A stretch of DNA of 60,142 nucleotides from an uncultured Acidimicrobiales bacterium (GCA_943788915.1 CALSSD010000013.1:310001-370142); one strand, 5' to 3'. Positions 42,016 to 52,719 are shown, counted from the stretch's first letter. A program made the numbers and translations. Notes: generated by a model not told the origin, from the sequence alone.

Positions 42016-43416
42016 ATGACCGAACGGCGGCTCGGACTTCGGGCCCGCGTGATAGCCGCGTTTGCCATTGGCGCGCTGCTGATGTCCTCGCTCTTATCAA
42101 TCGTTACCTATTCGGTGACACGCGCCCAGTTGACTGAATCGCGTGAGAAAGACGCGTTTGTGAGTGCGGAGAACACGGCAGTGCTCATCAACAATGCGCT
42201 GTCGTCCACCACTGAAATCTCCGGCCTAGTTCCGATCATGTCCCAGGTATTGGTGCCCACCGGCACGTTGCAGGGCATGTTGCACAACACCACAAGCGCG
42301 TTCGTCGATTCCCAACTATCGATCAACAAGCTGGATCCGGTATTCGTGAATACGCTGCGAGCCGGCTCGGCCGCAGAGATGACATTTCGCATCAACGCGC
42401 AGCCCTACTACGTGGTCGGGCTGCCGCTCCCCCGGGCCCAGGCGAATGCTTGGTATCTCCATGCTGCGCCGCTCGCAGAGGTCGAACAGGACCTGAATTC
42501 ACTGCTACCTACATTGGCCGGGGCATCCGTCATTACCACCGTCCTCGGCATGGCATTTGGGGTGTACGTCACCAAACGGCTGTTGTCGCCAATCGACGAG
42601 ATCAGTGAGGCGGCAGGTCTCGTCGCTGCGGGCGATCTCACCACCCGACTCAAGTCCGGTGGTGATCCAGATCTCAACCAGCTCATCGAGTCGTTTAACG
42701 GCATGGCCAGCTCTCTGCAAGAACGCATCGAGCGAGACTCACGTTTCGCCAGTGATGTCAGCCATGAGTTGCGCTCGCCGCTGATGACGCTCACCGGTTC
42801 GGTCGCGGTGATCGAACGACGGCGCGAAGACATGCCCGAAAAGGCTCAGATAGCGTTGGATCTCCTCTCGACCGATATCAGAAGGTTCAAGCTACTCGTT
42901 GAAGACCTGCTCGAAATCAGCCGGTTCGACGTAGGTGCCGTGCAGCTCGACATCGAAGAAGTCATGCTGGGTGAATTCGTCCGCCAGGCCATCGGGGCCG
43001 CGGTTGCCCGACAACGCGAGGTGCCAATCATCGACAACAATGGGTCCGGTGGACTCATCGTCGAACTCGACAAACGGCGTATTGCCCAAGTCATACGTAA
43101 CCTCAGCGAGAACGCCGACAAGTACGCCGGCGGCGTCACTCAGATCCGCCTTAGCCACAACGGCGATGACATCCGCATCGAGATCGAAGACGAGGGTCCG
43201 GGCGTGCCAGTCGACGAACGTGAACTGATCTTCGAACGATTTGCTCGTGGCAGCGAAGGCGGCCGGCGCGGCTCCGGTACCGGTGTCGGCCTTGGTTTGT
43301 CGCTTGTGACTGAACATCTTCGGCTCCACGGCGGAACGATCACCGTCACCGATCGTGTCGATGGACTCCTCGGCTCCTGCTTCGTCATCTCGCTTCCTGG
43401 CGTGGTGGTCGGATGA
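42016..43416 (+). CDS. HAMP sensor histidine kinase (MtrB-like)
   Basis: Two TM helices, HAMP, SHELRSPL H-box, NADKY N-box, DEGPG and GLGL G-boxes. Confidence 0.94.
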   Translation: MTERRLGLRARVIAAFAIGALLMSSLLSIVTYSVTRAQLTESREKDAFVSAENTAVLINNALSSTTEISGLVPIMSQVLVPTGTLQGMLHNTTSAFVDSQLSINKLDPVFVNTLRAGSAAEMTFRINAQPYYVVGLPLPRAQANAWYLHAAPLAEVEQDLNSLLPTLAGASVITTVLGMAFGVYVTKRLLSPIDEISEAAGLVAAGDLTTRLKSGGDPDLNQLIESFNGMASSLQERIERDSRFASDVSHELRSPLMTLTGSVAVIERRREDMPEKAQIALDLLSTDIRRFKLLVEDLLEISRFDVGAVQLDIEEVMLGEFVRQAIGAAVARQREVPIIDNNGSGGLIVELDKRRIAQVIRNLSENADKYAGGVTQIRLSHNGDDIRIEIEDEGPGVPVDERELIFERFARGSEGGRRGSGTGVGLGLSLVTEHLRLHGGTITVTDRVDGLLGSCFVISLPGVVVG

Positions 43417-44672
43417 TCGTTCGCATGAGTGTGCGAACCATGGTTCGTGCCTGGACCGTGCTGGTCCTCGTGTTGCTGGTTGGAGCGGGGTGTGGCCTCG
43501 CCGTCGATGAATCCCCTCGAAACATCAACTCGCAGGATTTACCGGAAGATCTCCGGCTTGGTCAACTACCAACACCCACGCCACAGATTGTTTCCGGTGA
43601 CGGCCCTGGGCGCGAACAAGTCCACATGCTGCAGGACAACCGACTCGTGACCGTTGAGCGCCAAATCGCAAGCACGCCTGAACGGGTGCTTGAACTGCTG
43701 TTACAGGACACATTTCCCGAAGAAGCCGCGGTCGGAATCAGTTCTGCGATCTTCCGTGGCGCACGGGTGCAACGCGTCGACGTGGTTGACCTGTTTGACC
43801 TTGCCGTGATCGATTTAGCACCGGGCAGTTTGGATCCTCGCAACACCGAGCAACGCCTAGCCTTCGCCCAGTTCGTCTACACCCTGACATCGCTACCTGG
43901 TATCGAGGCGGTGCAGTTCGTGAGTACCGATCCAGCCAACCCCGACGATGGCCCCATTGACCTTGCGGTACAGACAGACACCGGTACGACGTTGCCGGGG
44001 GCTCGGGTTACCCGGGCCGACTTCGAACTGTTAGCCACTGCTGCTGTGGCCTTGCCTGGATTCGACATTCCAGTGGCTCGACCTACACCAACACCAGATC
44101 CCGATGCGCCGCCCGTATTCCCGCTGCCTGTGTGGATGCTCGATGCGAACAATCATCTGATCAAGGTCGAACGCACCATCGAATTCTCGCAGGATGCATT
44201 CTTGCGCTCGGTGCTTGGCGGCCCGCTCGTCGAGGAACGCGAACTGGGGATTACCTCGGCACTCCCACCAGACGCGTTGGCCCACGGAGTGACTACTGCC
44301 CCATTCGACGTGACGATCACAGATGAGTTCGGCTTTGAGACCCTCACCCGGGCGAATATCGCCCTGGTCGACATGACCACAGGAAGCCTGCCGAATGATT
44401 CTGACGAGTCGCGATTGCTCGCATTCGCTCAGATCGTCTACACACTTACTGAGCTTGAAGGGGTCGATCGGGTGGCATTCTCCATCGATGGTGTCTTCAT
44501 CCCCGTACCTAGCGACCAAGGCCTGCGCCTCCCCTTTGACCCAAATGTCGCTCAAGGTGTTTCTCGGGCCGACTACACGAGTGCGCTGCCCCAGGTTCCA
44601 GTGGTCGAACCTGGATCACTTGGTCCTGCACCTGCGACGACGCCAACACCCACGCCAACGCCAGGCGGCTAG
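43413..44672 (+). CDS. Lipoprotein with two GerMN domains (LpqB-like)
   Basis: Lipobox GAGC; two copies of LAFAQ(F/I)VYTLT...V..V.F; coupled to the kinase by ATGA. Confidence 0.82.
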   Translation: MIVRMSVRTMVRAWTVLVLVLLVGAGCGLAVDESPRNINSQDLPEDLRLGQLPTPTPQIVSGDGPGREQVHMLQDNRLVTVERQIASTPERVLELLLQDTFPEEAAVGISSAIFRGARVQRVDVVDLFDLAVIDLAPGSLDPRNTEQRLAFAQFVYTLTSLPGIEAVQFVSTDPANPDDGPIDLAVQTDTGTTLPGARVTRADFELLATAAVALPGFDIPVARPTPTPDPDAPPVFPLPVWMLDANNHLIKVERTIEFSQDAFLRSVLGGPLVEERELGITSALPPDALAHGVTTAPFDVTITDEFGFETLTRANIALVDMTTGSLPNDSDESRLLAFAQIVYTLTELEGVDRVAFSIDGVFIPVPSDQGLRLPFDPNVAQGVSRADYTSALPQVPVVEPGSLGPAPATTPTPTPTPGG

Positions 44673-44695
44673 ACACCAGCGGCTACATTGCGGTC

Positions 44696-46165
44696 GTGAG
44701 TGGAATTGTCATTGCAATCGACGCGGGCACAACCGGGATTCGATCGGCAGCGGTCGACGAATCTGGGCAGATCATCTCATTTGTGTATCGTGAATTTACC
44801 CAGCACTTCCCCCAACCAGGGTGGGTCGAACACGACCCGGCAGAGATCTGGGCGACCACGATGGAGACGCTCACTGAGCTGCGTTCTAAGGTCGACCAGC
44901 CGGTAGCAGCGATTGGCATTACCAATCAGCGTGAGACCGTTGTTGCCTGGAACCGCAGCACGGGCGAACCGCTGCACAATGCCATCGTGTGGCAGGATCG
45001 TCGCACTGCGTCGGTGTGCCAGGACTTGACCGAAGCGGGGCATTTGGATCTCATTCGCACTCGCACCGGACTAGTGCTAGACCCCTATTTCAGTGGCACC
45101 AAGTTCGCCTGGCTCTTTGCCGAAGCTGGTGTCCCGGATACGCCCGACACCGCACTGGGCACCATCGATACCTGGCTGATCTACAAGTTGACCGGCGGCA
45201 AGGTACATGTCACCGAACCGAGCAATGCTTCGCGGACCTTGTTGTTCGATATTGACGACCTGTCGTTCAACGACGAACTCTGCGACGTGCTGGGTGTGCC
45301 CAAACACACACTTCCCGAGGTTTCCACCACCTCGGGAAGGTTCGGTGAAACCACCGACGAGTTTCCGTTCGGAGCTGGCATTCCCATCAGCGGCGCTGCC
45401 GGCGACCAACAGGCCGCATTGTTTGGCCAGGCTTGTTTCGCCCCCGGTGATGCCAAAAACACCTACGGCACCGGGTCCTTTGTGCTGATGAACCTCGGTA
45501 CCACTCGCCCTGCACCGACCGAAGGTCTGCTCACCTCAGTGGCTTGGACGCTGCCCGGCCAGGGCGCCACCTATTGTGCCGAGGGTGCCATCTTCGTAAC
45601 CGGCGCTGCGGTGCAGTGGCTGCGTGACGGCCTTGGCATCATCGACACTGCCGCTGAGCTCGAACCTCTCGCTCTGCAATGTGATGACACCGGTGGCGTG
45701 ATGTTCGTGCCCGCACTTACTGGCTTGGGTAGTCCTTGGTGGGATCCAAACGCTCGGGGCACGATCCTAGGGCTGACCCGTGGCTCCGGTCGGGCCGAGA
45801 TCGCTCGGGCCACCATCGAAGCAATGGTGTACCAAACCCGCGACGTGGTCGAGGCTATGGGCGCATCGGCGGCGACCACGATCTCCCGGCTTCGGGTCGA
45901 TGGTGGAGCCTCGGTCATGGATCTGATGTTACAGATGCAGTCAGATCAGCTCGGTGTGCCTGTTGAACGACCGGTAAATCAGCAGACGACGGTCATGGGG
46001 GCCGCCTATCTGGCTGGCATTGCCGAAGGTTTCTGGTCATCGGCCGACGATGTTTCCCGCGCTTGGGAACTCGAAGCAGCGTTCACGCCTGACACCACTG
46101 TCGACCGCACCGCCGGCTACCACCAGTGGAAACGGGCCATCGAACGTTCCCTCGACTGGGCGTAG
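44696..46165 (+). CDS. glpK: Glycerol kinase
   Basis: IDAGTT, GWVEHD, TNQRET, WQDRRT, DPYFSGTK, GDQQAALFG, KNTYGTG. Confidence 0.96.
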   Translation: MSGIVIAIDAGTTGIRSAAVDESGQIISFVYREFTQHFPQPGWVEHDPAEIWATTMETLTELRSKVDQPVAAIGITNQRETVVAWNRSTGEPLHNAIVWQDRRTASVCQDLTEAGHLDLIRTRTGLVLDPYFSGTKFAWLFAEAGVPDTPDTALGTIDTWLIYKLTGGKVHVTEPSNASRTLLFDIDDLSFNDELCDVLGVPKHTLPEVSTTSGRFGETTDEFPFGAGIPISGAAGDQQAALFGQACFAPGDAKNTYGTGSFVLMNLGTTRPAPTEGLLTSVAWTLPGQGATYCAEGAIFVTGAAVQWLRDGLGIIDTAAELEPLALQCDDTGGVMFVPALTGLGSPWWDPNARGTILGLTRGSGRAEIARATIEAMVYQTRDVVEAMGASAATTISRLRVDGGASVMDLMLQMQSDQLGVPVERPVNQQTTVMGAAYLAGIAEGFWSSADDVSRAWELEAAFTPDTTVDRTAGYHQWKRAIERSLDWA

Positions 46166-46276
46166 AGGTAGTCGGGCGTTCAGCTCGTCCCTGGCCAAAG
46201 CCCTTTTCGGGCTACATCCTCTACGGTCTTGGCAGGCGCAAAAGCCGTTCGAGGGGCGAAGCAATCAGCCAAAACC

Positions 46277-47470
46277 TTAGGCGGTGTCGGTTGGGGGCTT
46301 CAGGTCTGGGAACGCATCCTTGATGTTTCGGATGGCTTGGTTGATGCGCTGTTCGTTCTCGATGAGTGCGAACCGCACATGGCCTTCGCCGCCGGGGCCG
46401 AAACCAACACCCGGTGAGGTCGCGACCTTGGCCTCGGTCACGAGCTTGGAACAGAACTCGACCGAGCCCATGTGTTTGTAGGGCTCTGGGATTGGAGCGA
46501 ACACGAACATGGTGCCCTTGGGCGGCTCAACCGGCCAGCCAATGCGAGCCAGGCCATCGCACAGTGTGTCGCGCCGACTCTGATAGATCTCGTTGACCTC
46601 GCGGGGATAGTCCGGCACCTCGTTGAGCGTGACTGTTGCCGCGATCTGAATTGGCTGGAATGCGCCGTAGTCAAGGTATGACTTGATCTTGGTGAGGGCG
46701 GCAACAACCTCTGGGTTACCGGCCATAAACGCCATACGCCAGCCAGCCATCGAGAAGGACTTGGTCATGGAGTACAACTCGACAGCCACGTCTTTTGCCC
46801 CGTCGACCTCGAGGATCGAAGGAGGTAAGAACCCATCGAAGCCCAATTCGGCATACGCGTTGTCGTGCACCAGAAGCACATTGTTCTCACGGGCGAAGTC
46901 GACAGCTCGCTCCATGAAATCGAGATCCACGCAGGCACCGGTCGGGTTGTGCGGGAACGACAACACGATGACCCGGGGTTTGGGCCACGAGTACTCCCAC
47001 CGTTCGCGCATGATCTCGAAGAAGTCCGCCTTGTTACTCATAGGCATCTCGCGGACTTCGGCACCGGCAAAGATCGCGGCATAACGATGGATTGGATATG
47101 AAGGCGTAGGAACCAGCACCGCATCGCCCGGTTGGACGAGGGTCCACATGAGATGTGACAGGCCCTCTTTCGCACCAATCGTCGACATGATTTCGGTCTC
47201 GGGATCGAGCTTGACGCCCCAGCGATGGTCGTAGTAGTTCGCCATGGCTTCTCGGAGTTTGGGGATACCCCGGCTCGATGAGTACCGATGGTTCCGTGGA
47301 TTAGCGGCAGCTTCCTGCAGCTTCTCAACAGTGATCTCTGGCGACGGGAGATCAGGGTTGCCGAAGCCGAGGTCAATGATGTCATCGCCTGCTCTCCGGC
47401 CCTCGACCTTGAGTTGGTCGATGATCGTGAACACGTACGGGGGCAAGTTGGTTATACGGCGAAATTCCAT
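46277..47470 (-). CDS. Class I/II PLP aminotransferase, AlaC-like
   Basis: LPPYVF, GNPD, FPHNPTG, HDNAY, SMTKSFSMAGWR, KIKSYLDYG. Confidence 0.9.
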   Translation of the reverse strand: MEFRRITNLPPYVFTIIDQLKVEGRRAGDDIIDLGFGNPDLPSPEITVEKLQEAAANPRNHRYSSSRGIPKLREAMANYYDHRWGVKLDPETEIMSTIGAKEGLSHLMWTLVQPGDAVLVPTPSYPIHRYAAIFAGAEVREMPMSNKADFFEIMRERWEYSWPKPRVIVLSFPHNPTGACVDLDFMERAVDFARENNVLLVHDNAYAELGFDGFLPPSILEVDGAKDVAVELYSMTKSFSMAGWRMAFMAGNPEVVAALTKIKSYLDYGAFQPIQIAATVTLNEVPDYPREVNEIYQSRRDTLCDGLARIGWPVEPPKGTMFVFAPIPEPYKHMGSVEFCSKLVTEAKVATSPGVGFGPGGEGHVRFALIENEQRINQAIRNIKDAFPDLKPPTDTA

Positions 47471-47526
47471 GGGGGGGGTCTCTTGTTAGCGGTGATGTGA
47501 GTTGATGCTGGTTGACGCGATGGTGG

Positions 47527-47994
47527 TCAGCTAGGTAGCTGGGAGCCTTCTTCGACCCACGACCGTAGGTCCTCGAGTGCGTTGCGTAGAATCCGAGACT
47601 CGGCCCGGCGACGGAGGAACCCCGACATGGGCATGGAGATCTCGACTTCGAGCTCATAGGTCACTTCGGTGCGAGGTCCTGCGGCATCGTCCTCGAGTGG
47701 CACGAGGACATATCGGCCATCGAGTCGGCGAACCAGGTCGCCCTCTGCCAGGCGCCACGACACTCGCAACGGGTTCGTGCCGTAGAAATATTCGAGCACA
47801 TAAGCAGCACTTCGCCCCATAGCTGCGGCACGGTACGAAACCAGGCCAGCTCGACCATCTTCGTCGACTCGTTCGACGCTGACATCCTTGACGTTGTTCG
47901 CCCACCGGGGGTAGGCCCCATAGTCGGTGATGACGTCGAAAATCCGCTCAGGCGTCTCTCGAATAATGGTGCGTTCAAACGCCCGATCACCCAT
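47527..47994 (-). CDS. SRPBCC / polyketide cyclase-like ligand-binding protein
   Basis: PERIFDVITDYGAYPRW, LDGRY, TEVTYEL. Confidence 0.85.
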   Translation of the reverse strand: MGDRAFERTIIRETPERIFDVITDYGAYPRWANNVKDVSVERVDEDGRAGLVSYRAAAMGRSAAYVLEYFYGTNPLRVSWRLAEGDLVRRLDGRYVLVPLEDDAAGPRTEVTYELEVEISMPMSGFLRRRAESRILRNALEDLRSWVEEGSQLPS

Positions 47995-48442
47995 TTTTAG
48001 TCCTGTTCATTTCTCGAGCCTTGTGTCGGCCGTCGGTACGCTCGGCAAAGGTGCCATGACGTGCTGCCCATAGGCCAGCGAGTCCGAGTCCGAGCATGGG
48101 TGCAAGGATACCGAACGCCTGTGCCGTGAAGGGGCGTATTGATGCAGTGGCGATGGCCACAGCTGTCTGCATGAAGGTAAGAAGGTGGAATCGGCGGCGA
48201 ACATCTTTGGGGGCGACGGTCATGCCATAGATCATGGAAACGCTTACGTCGTGATCTCGGCTGCGTTCCAGGGCCTTGCCGTAGGCCCACAAGAACGCAA
48301 TGGTGCCGACGCCAAACAGGATGCACGACATCACCGCAAACGGGATACGCAGCGGGCCGGGGAAGATCGCAGCCACAACCGCGGCAATCGTAAACGCGAT
48401 CGTGGCATAGAGGTTGGTGCGGTACAGGTCGTTGCCGGCCAT
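47987..48442 (-). CDS. Hypothetical membrane protein
   Basis: About four hydrophobic helices; AFGILAPM...GLWAARHGTF. Confidence 0.7.
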   Translation of the reverse strand: MAGNDLYRTNLYATIAFTIAAVVAAIFPGPLRIPFAVMSCILFGVGTIAFLWAYGKALERSRDHDVSVSMIYGMTVAPKDVRRRFHLLTFMQTAVAIATASIRPFTAQAFGILAPMLGLGLAGLWAARHGTFAERTDGRHKAREMNRTKNG

Positions 48443-48518
48443 CAACTGAGAACTTTACCGCGCACAAATGCTCTCTTGCTGAATGCTCTCGTGCTCGAAT
48501 ATCTCTGACTCCAACGTT

Positions 48519-49640
48519 CTACTGCTCAAAGACGTGGAGTGAGCGGTGCAATCGTTCGGCAAGCAGGTCATAGGAGAACTTGTCGACAGCATGAGTGCGA
48601 GACGCGTGACGCATCTGCTCGCTGCGTTCAGGGTGCGTGAGCAGATCCGAAATCGACTGAGCCACGGCATCAGCATCGGATGGGTCATCGACGACGTAAC
48701 CGGTTTCGCCATGAGCTACCGCCTCGGCAGAACCACCGGACTTGCCCGCAATCTGAGGGCAACCCGCAGCAGCAGCTTCGACGAACACGATGCCGAAACC
48801 CTCTTGTTCAAGACCGCCCCAGCGTTCACGACATAACATCGCAAACGCGTCGGCACAGCCATACAACACTGGCAAGTCGGCGTCGTCAACGAATCCGAGT
48901 AGCCGGGCGGGTGAGCCGGATTGCCCGATGGCGCGTCGAAGCCTGGCTTCGTCTCGACCAGTACCGGCAATAACAACCTGCAGACCCGGATGGGTATCGG
49001 CCAGCCGAGCGGCGGCTTCGATCAGTGTGTCGAACCCCTTACGGGGAACGAGTCGACTGACGCCGACGACCAGCGGTGCATCGGGATCAAATCCCAACCG
49101 CCGACGCGCCGAGCTGCGTTCGTCGACAGTGAGTGGCACAAATCGGTCGGTGTCCACCCCCGGGGGAACATACACAACTGGCGGCATGGAGTCGACAACA
49201 CGCGCTGCCTCGGCTTCAGCGAACCGGCTGGCACTGATGACAAGGTCAGCGTTGGCCACGGCGCGACGTAGGAGCTCTTTGGAGCCTGGAAGCCGGCCGG
49301 GAACGCTGACCTCGGCGCCGTGCAGGATGACGGCATAGGGGCGCCCCAGGTCGGGGCCGATGGCTCCCAGCGGAAAGGCCGGATCGATCACCACTAGCGA
49401 GGCATCGATACGGTCTGCGTGGGCGATCGTGCGGCTGCTGACTCGGCGGCTGGGCGGCATCCAGAAGCGGTCGTACCGTTCGATGTGATGGCCTTGTTGT
49501 GTGTCCCACAAGGAAGCGTTGGCATAAGGCGATGTGAAGACCTGAAACGAGTCTTGGGGCATTCGCCGCCACAACTCCCACAGGTAGGTCTGGATCCCAC
49601 CGATCTTTGGTGGGTAATCGTTGGTCACTAGCAGATGCAT
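48519..49640 (-). CDS. GT4 glycosyltransferase, PimB'-like mannosyltransferase
   Basis: LLVTNDYPPKIGGIQ, VSRLVPRKG, EGFGIVFVEAAA. Confidence 0.88.
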   Translation of the reverse strand: MHLLVTNDYPPKIGGIQTYLWELWRRMPQDSFQVFTSPYANASLWDTQQGHHIERYDRFWMPPSRRVSSRTIAHADRIDASLVVIDPAFPLGAIGPDLGRPYAVILHGAEVSVPGRLPGSKELLRRAVANADLVISASRFAEAEAARVVDSMPPVVYVPPGVDTDRFVPLTVDERSSARRRLGFDPDAPLVVGVSRLVPRKGFDTLIEAAARLADTHPGLQVVIAGTGRDEARLRRAIGQSGSPARLLGFVDDADLPVLYGCADAFAMLCRERWGGLEQEGFGIVFVEAAAAGCPQIAGKSGGSAEAVAHGETGYVVDDPSDADAVAQSISDLLTHPERSEQMRHASRTHAVDKFSYDLLAERLHRSLHVFEQ

Positions 49641-50662
49641 CAGTGGGGTGTGCTCGCGTCAAGTTGATCGGCGGCCCACCGTGCATGTTCGGCCAACATG
49701 TCGTCGGACCCGATGTAGGACGCAAGCACGTCCATGGCTTCGGTCCGGTTATCGCCGGAGACATTGGCATTACCGAGCGCTACCAAAGCATTGCGCCGGA
49801 CATAACGAAGATCGCGCTTGGGGATGTACCAACGGCCCACAGCAGCAAGTAACGCTTCGTCGTCCATGGTCAGCAGTTCGAGGAGATCGAGTGACGTGAC
49901 TTCGTCGCCAATCATGCCAACGTCGCTCCCCCGGCTTGGAGGGCACACGACCTGGCAGTCGTCGCAGCCATAGATGCGAGTACCGAGCGCTTCGCGAAAT
50001 TCGATCGGGAAGTCACCATCGGCCTGTAACAGCCACGCTAGGCACCGTCGTGCATCGACCACACCTTCGGCGATGATCGCACCGGTTGGGCAACCGTCGA
50101 GGCAACGTCGACAGCTGCCGCATGCTGGCTCAACTGGTTGATCATGTTCGAGTGGTGCATCGGTAACAACTGCGCCCAGCACGAACCAACTGCCATGACC
50201 TGGCACCAAGACATTGCTGTTCTTCCCTGCCCAGCCAACGCCGGCTCGTATCGCTGCGGCTCGATCCACGAGAGCATTGTCGTCTGCCACAACCCGTGCG
50301 GTGTACCCGTCGGCTTGTAGCGCTGCCGCTATCTCGCCCAGGGCTGACTTGAGCGATCCGTAGTGATCCCGCCACGCGTAAGCGGCGATCTCGGCCTGCG
50401 GTCGATCCGTTGATACGTGCGGATCGGGTGCCCGGTACGGCCATGCGCCGACTATCAGAGATTGGGCAGATTCGAGAATTCGGGTTGGTGTGGTGGAACG
50501 TTCTGGGTTGCGATAAGTGAACTGCATTCCCCCGTGCAGACCCGCCGCCTTGCGTTCGACGAGCGTGACTCGAGCTTCGGTGAACGGTTCAGCATGGGTG
50601 AAACCAACAGCAGTCAGTCCAGCGGCCAGCCCGATACGACGCAGCTCAGCTGTGGATGACAT
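49640..50662 (-). CDS. queG: tRNA epoxyqueuosine(34) reductase
   Basis: YAWRDHY, GWAGKN, GSWFVLG, CGSCRRCLDGCP, GCDDCQVVCP. Confidence 0.93.
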   Translation of the reverse strand: MSSTAELRRIGLAAGLTAVGFTHAEPFTEARVTLVERKAAGLHGGMQFTYRNPERSTTPTRILESAQSLIVGAWPYRAPDPHVSTDRPQAEIAAYAWRDHYGSLKSALGEIAAALQADGYTARVVADDNALVDRAAAIRAGVGWAGKNSNVLVPGHGSWFVLGAVVTDAPLEHDQPVEPACGSCRRCLDGCPTGAIIAEGVVDARRCLAWLLQADGDFPIEFREALGTRIYGCDDCQVVCPPSRGSDVGMIGDEVTSLDLLELLTMDDEALLAAVGRWYIPKRDLRYVRRNALVALGNANVSGDNRTEAMDVLASYIGSDDMLAEHARWAADQLDASTPH

Positions 50663-50666
50663 ATGC

Positions 50667-52640
50667 CTATTCGGCGACTGTGTTGAGTACGGCGCTGGGC
50701 TCGACGACATTGGCTTCTTCGCCGATCGCTGCTCGTCGGACATGGTCGTCGCCGGCGATAACCACCAGCGGTTGATCGGCGGGCAAACCCATACACAGTG
50801 CACGGATGCGGTCAGCGACGGTGTCGGCGCCCGTCACGTGGTGCACGCCAATGGCAAGTAGATCCGGTGCCCCACCAACGGGTGTGGATACCGGTGTGAC
50901 CACGACCTCGACAGGAACATCGAAGTGATCACGTAACGCGGCAATCCGGTCGAACAGTTCGCTTGGCCGGATGCCCGTGCGACTACAGGTGCTGCGGGCA
51001 TCGACGATCGCAGTGATGCCCGGCTGGTTCAGCAGGAACGCGACCGCTTCGGGTGTATCCGGAACCAGGCTTGCCGGAAGAGTCGTGCGTTTGCGGACAT
51101 TGCCGACAACTGGCGGTAGTTCTTCAGTCGACGCCAAAGAGATCTCGTCTGGAGCGATGGTGACAACCCGGATCTCTGCGGTTTCATACACGGGTGCGGC
51201 TGCCGCCGACTCCGGCAACGGCACCCGTGGTAGAGCGATGTCTTCAGCCGTCTCGTTGCCGCCAAACTCGACCACTGGGATCTCGGACTCCGTCAGCGGA
51301 TCATGCGGATCTGCGGTTCCGGCCACTCGGTCGCTTTCTTCATAACCGTCGATCGCAGTCAGGTCAGCTTCGATGACTTCGATGTCCGCGTCTTCAAGAT
51401 CGTGGAGTTCAGCCCTAGCATCGCCCTCGGACCCACCGGTGGCAACGGCAACCGTGTGGGCCGCCACTTCCTCGGCTGCTTGGGCGGCGTGCGCAGCTTT
51501 GTTGGAACGGCGAGCGCTGAGCTCGCGGGCTCGTTCAGCTAACGAGGCAGCCTGGGACGATGGAGCAACCAGTTCATGTTTAGTGCGCACCGCAGCCTGT
51601 GCTCCGACGCTGCGGCCCGACGCAGTGGCCAATGCCGTTTCGCGTTCCTGCTCGAGCCGTGCCGCCCGAACTGTGAGTTCCTCGTAGTCAGAAGTTCGTT
51701 CGGCGAGTGCATCGACAGCGGCCTTGGCGCCAAGTAGCTCAGATTCTGATTTCGCCAAACCACGCTCGAGTTCGGCGATCCGCCGCTCGGCCATGGTCAG
51801 CTCTCGCCGTAGTGCAGTGGCATCGTTCTCGAACAAACCGGCGGTTTCAAGCTTGTCGTTGACGAGGTCGAGGCACCGTTTCAGGTATCCGGCCTCGTTC
51901 GAACGTCGTTCGGCGAGTGCCTCGGCCTTCTCGGCCCGTGCGTCGGCTGCGGTCATAGCTTGCGTCAGATCGTTGATCTGATCGGCAAGACTACTCGTCT
52001 CGGCACGTGACTCGATGAGCTCCTGGTCGCGAGCGTCGTGTTCGTTGCCCGAGGTTTGGTTGGCTGCCTCGAGGTAGCGCACCTTGTCGTTCATCTGGAC
52101 CAGTTGGGTTTCGGCCTCGTCGAAACGCACCAGTGCAGTGGTGAGCAGTTCTTGCACGTGGTCGCGTTCGTTTTGCAGCCGGTTCGCCACGTCGGCGAGT
52201 GCCTGTCGTTCGGCAGCGCGAGCATCGAGCAGCGCGGACAACCGGGACTGTTTGCGACGTTCGTCGAGTGCTTCTTGTTTGGCTCCGTGTAGCTCAGCCA
52301 GGGCCCGGTCGCGCTGAACGATTTCTGACTCGAAACCAATAACCTTGTCGCCGAGTTCGTTAAGCAAGCGGTCACGCTCGTCAAGTTCGTCGGCTTGGCG
52401 AGAGACCTCGGCCCGAAGTGTTGCGGCCAGGCTCATCAGTTCGAATCGCTCAGCACTCGATTGGAGCGCGTCGCTCGCTGTGTCGTGGCTGCCTGTGCCG
52501 GCAAGTGCGAGATCTTTGCGTGCTTGGCTGTACTCGCGTTCGAGATCGTTGAACTGATTCTCGACCTCGCGAAACAGGTTACCGACGAGACCCTGGGCCT
52601 GTTCGTCTCCCGTTGTCACATTTTCCCTCCGGCTGGTCAC
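50667..52640 (-). CDS. Long coiled-coil protein with a degenerate C-terminal NYN/PIN-like domain
   Basis: About 370 aa of heptads, an acidic linker, then AIVDAR...TVADRIRAL...PLVVIAGDDHVR...ANVV, which resembles YacP-like NYN domains. Confidence 0.7.
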   Translation of the reverse strand: MTSRRENVTTGDEQAQGLVGNLFREVENQFNDLEREYSQARKDLALAGTGSHDTASDALQSSAERFELMSLAATLRAEVSRQADELDERDRLLNELGDKVIGFESEIVQRDRALAELHGAKQEALDERRKQSRLSALLDARAAERQALADVANRLQNERDHVQELLTTALVRFDEAETQLVQMNDKVRYLEAANQTSGNEHDARDQELIESRAETSSLADQINDLTQAMTAADARAEKAEALAERRSNEAGYLKRCLDLVNDKLETAGLFENDATALRRELTMAERRIAELERGLAKSESELLGAKAAVDALAERTSDYEELTVRAARLEQERETALATASGRSVGAQAAVRTKHELVAPSSQAASLAERARELSARRSNKAAHAAQAAEEVAAHTVAVATGGSEGDARAELHDLEDADIEVIEADLTAIDGYEESDRVAGTADPHDPLTESEIPVVEFGGNETAEDIALPRVPLPESAAAAPVYETAEIRVVTIAPDEISLASTEELPPVVGNVRKRTTLPASLVPDTPEAVAFLLNQPGITAIVDARSTCSRTGIRPSELFDRIAALRDHFDVPVEVVVTPVSTPVGGAPDLLAIGVHHVTGADTVADRIRALCMGLPADQPLVVIAGDDHVRRAAIGEEANVVEPSAVLNTVAE

Positions 52641-52719
52641 GCTCTTCGCCTGACACTCTATGTTCTCTGTGATGGCGGGGTGCCGATGCCTCTGCGAGTC
52701 ACGCCACTAGCCTCTCGGG

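Noticed and set aside
47471..47478. G8 tract just upstream of the aminotransferase start as a phase-variation switch
   Set aside because: It is short, outside the CDS, and precedes a housekeeping gene; homopolymer length is unreliable in this assembly.
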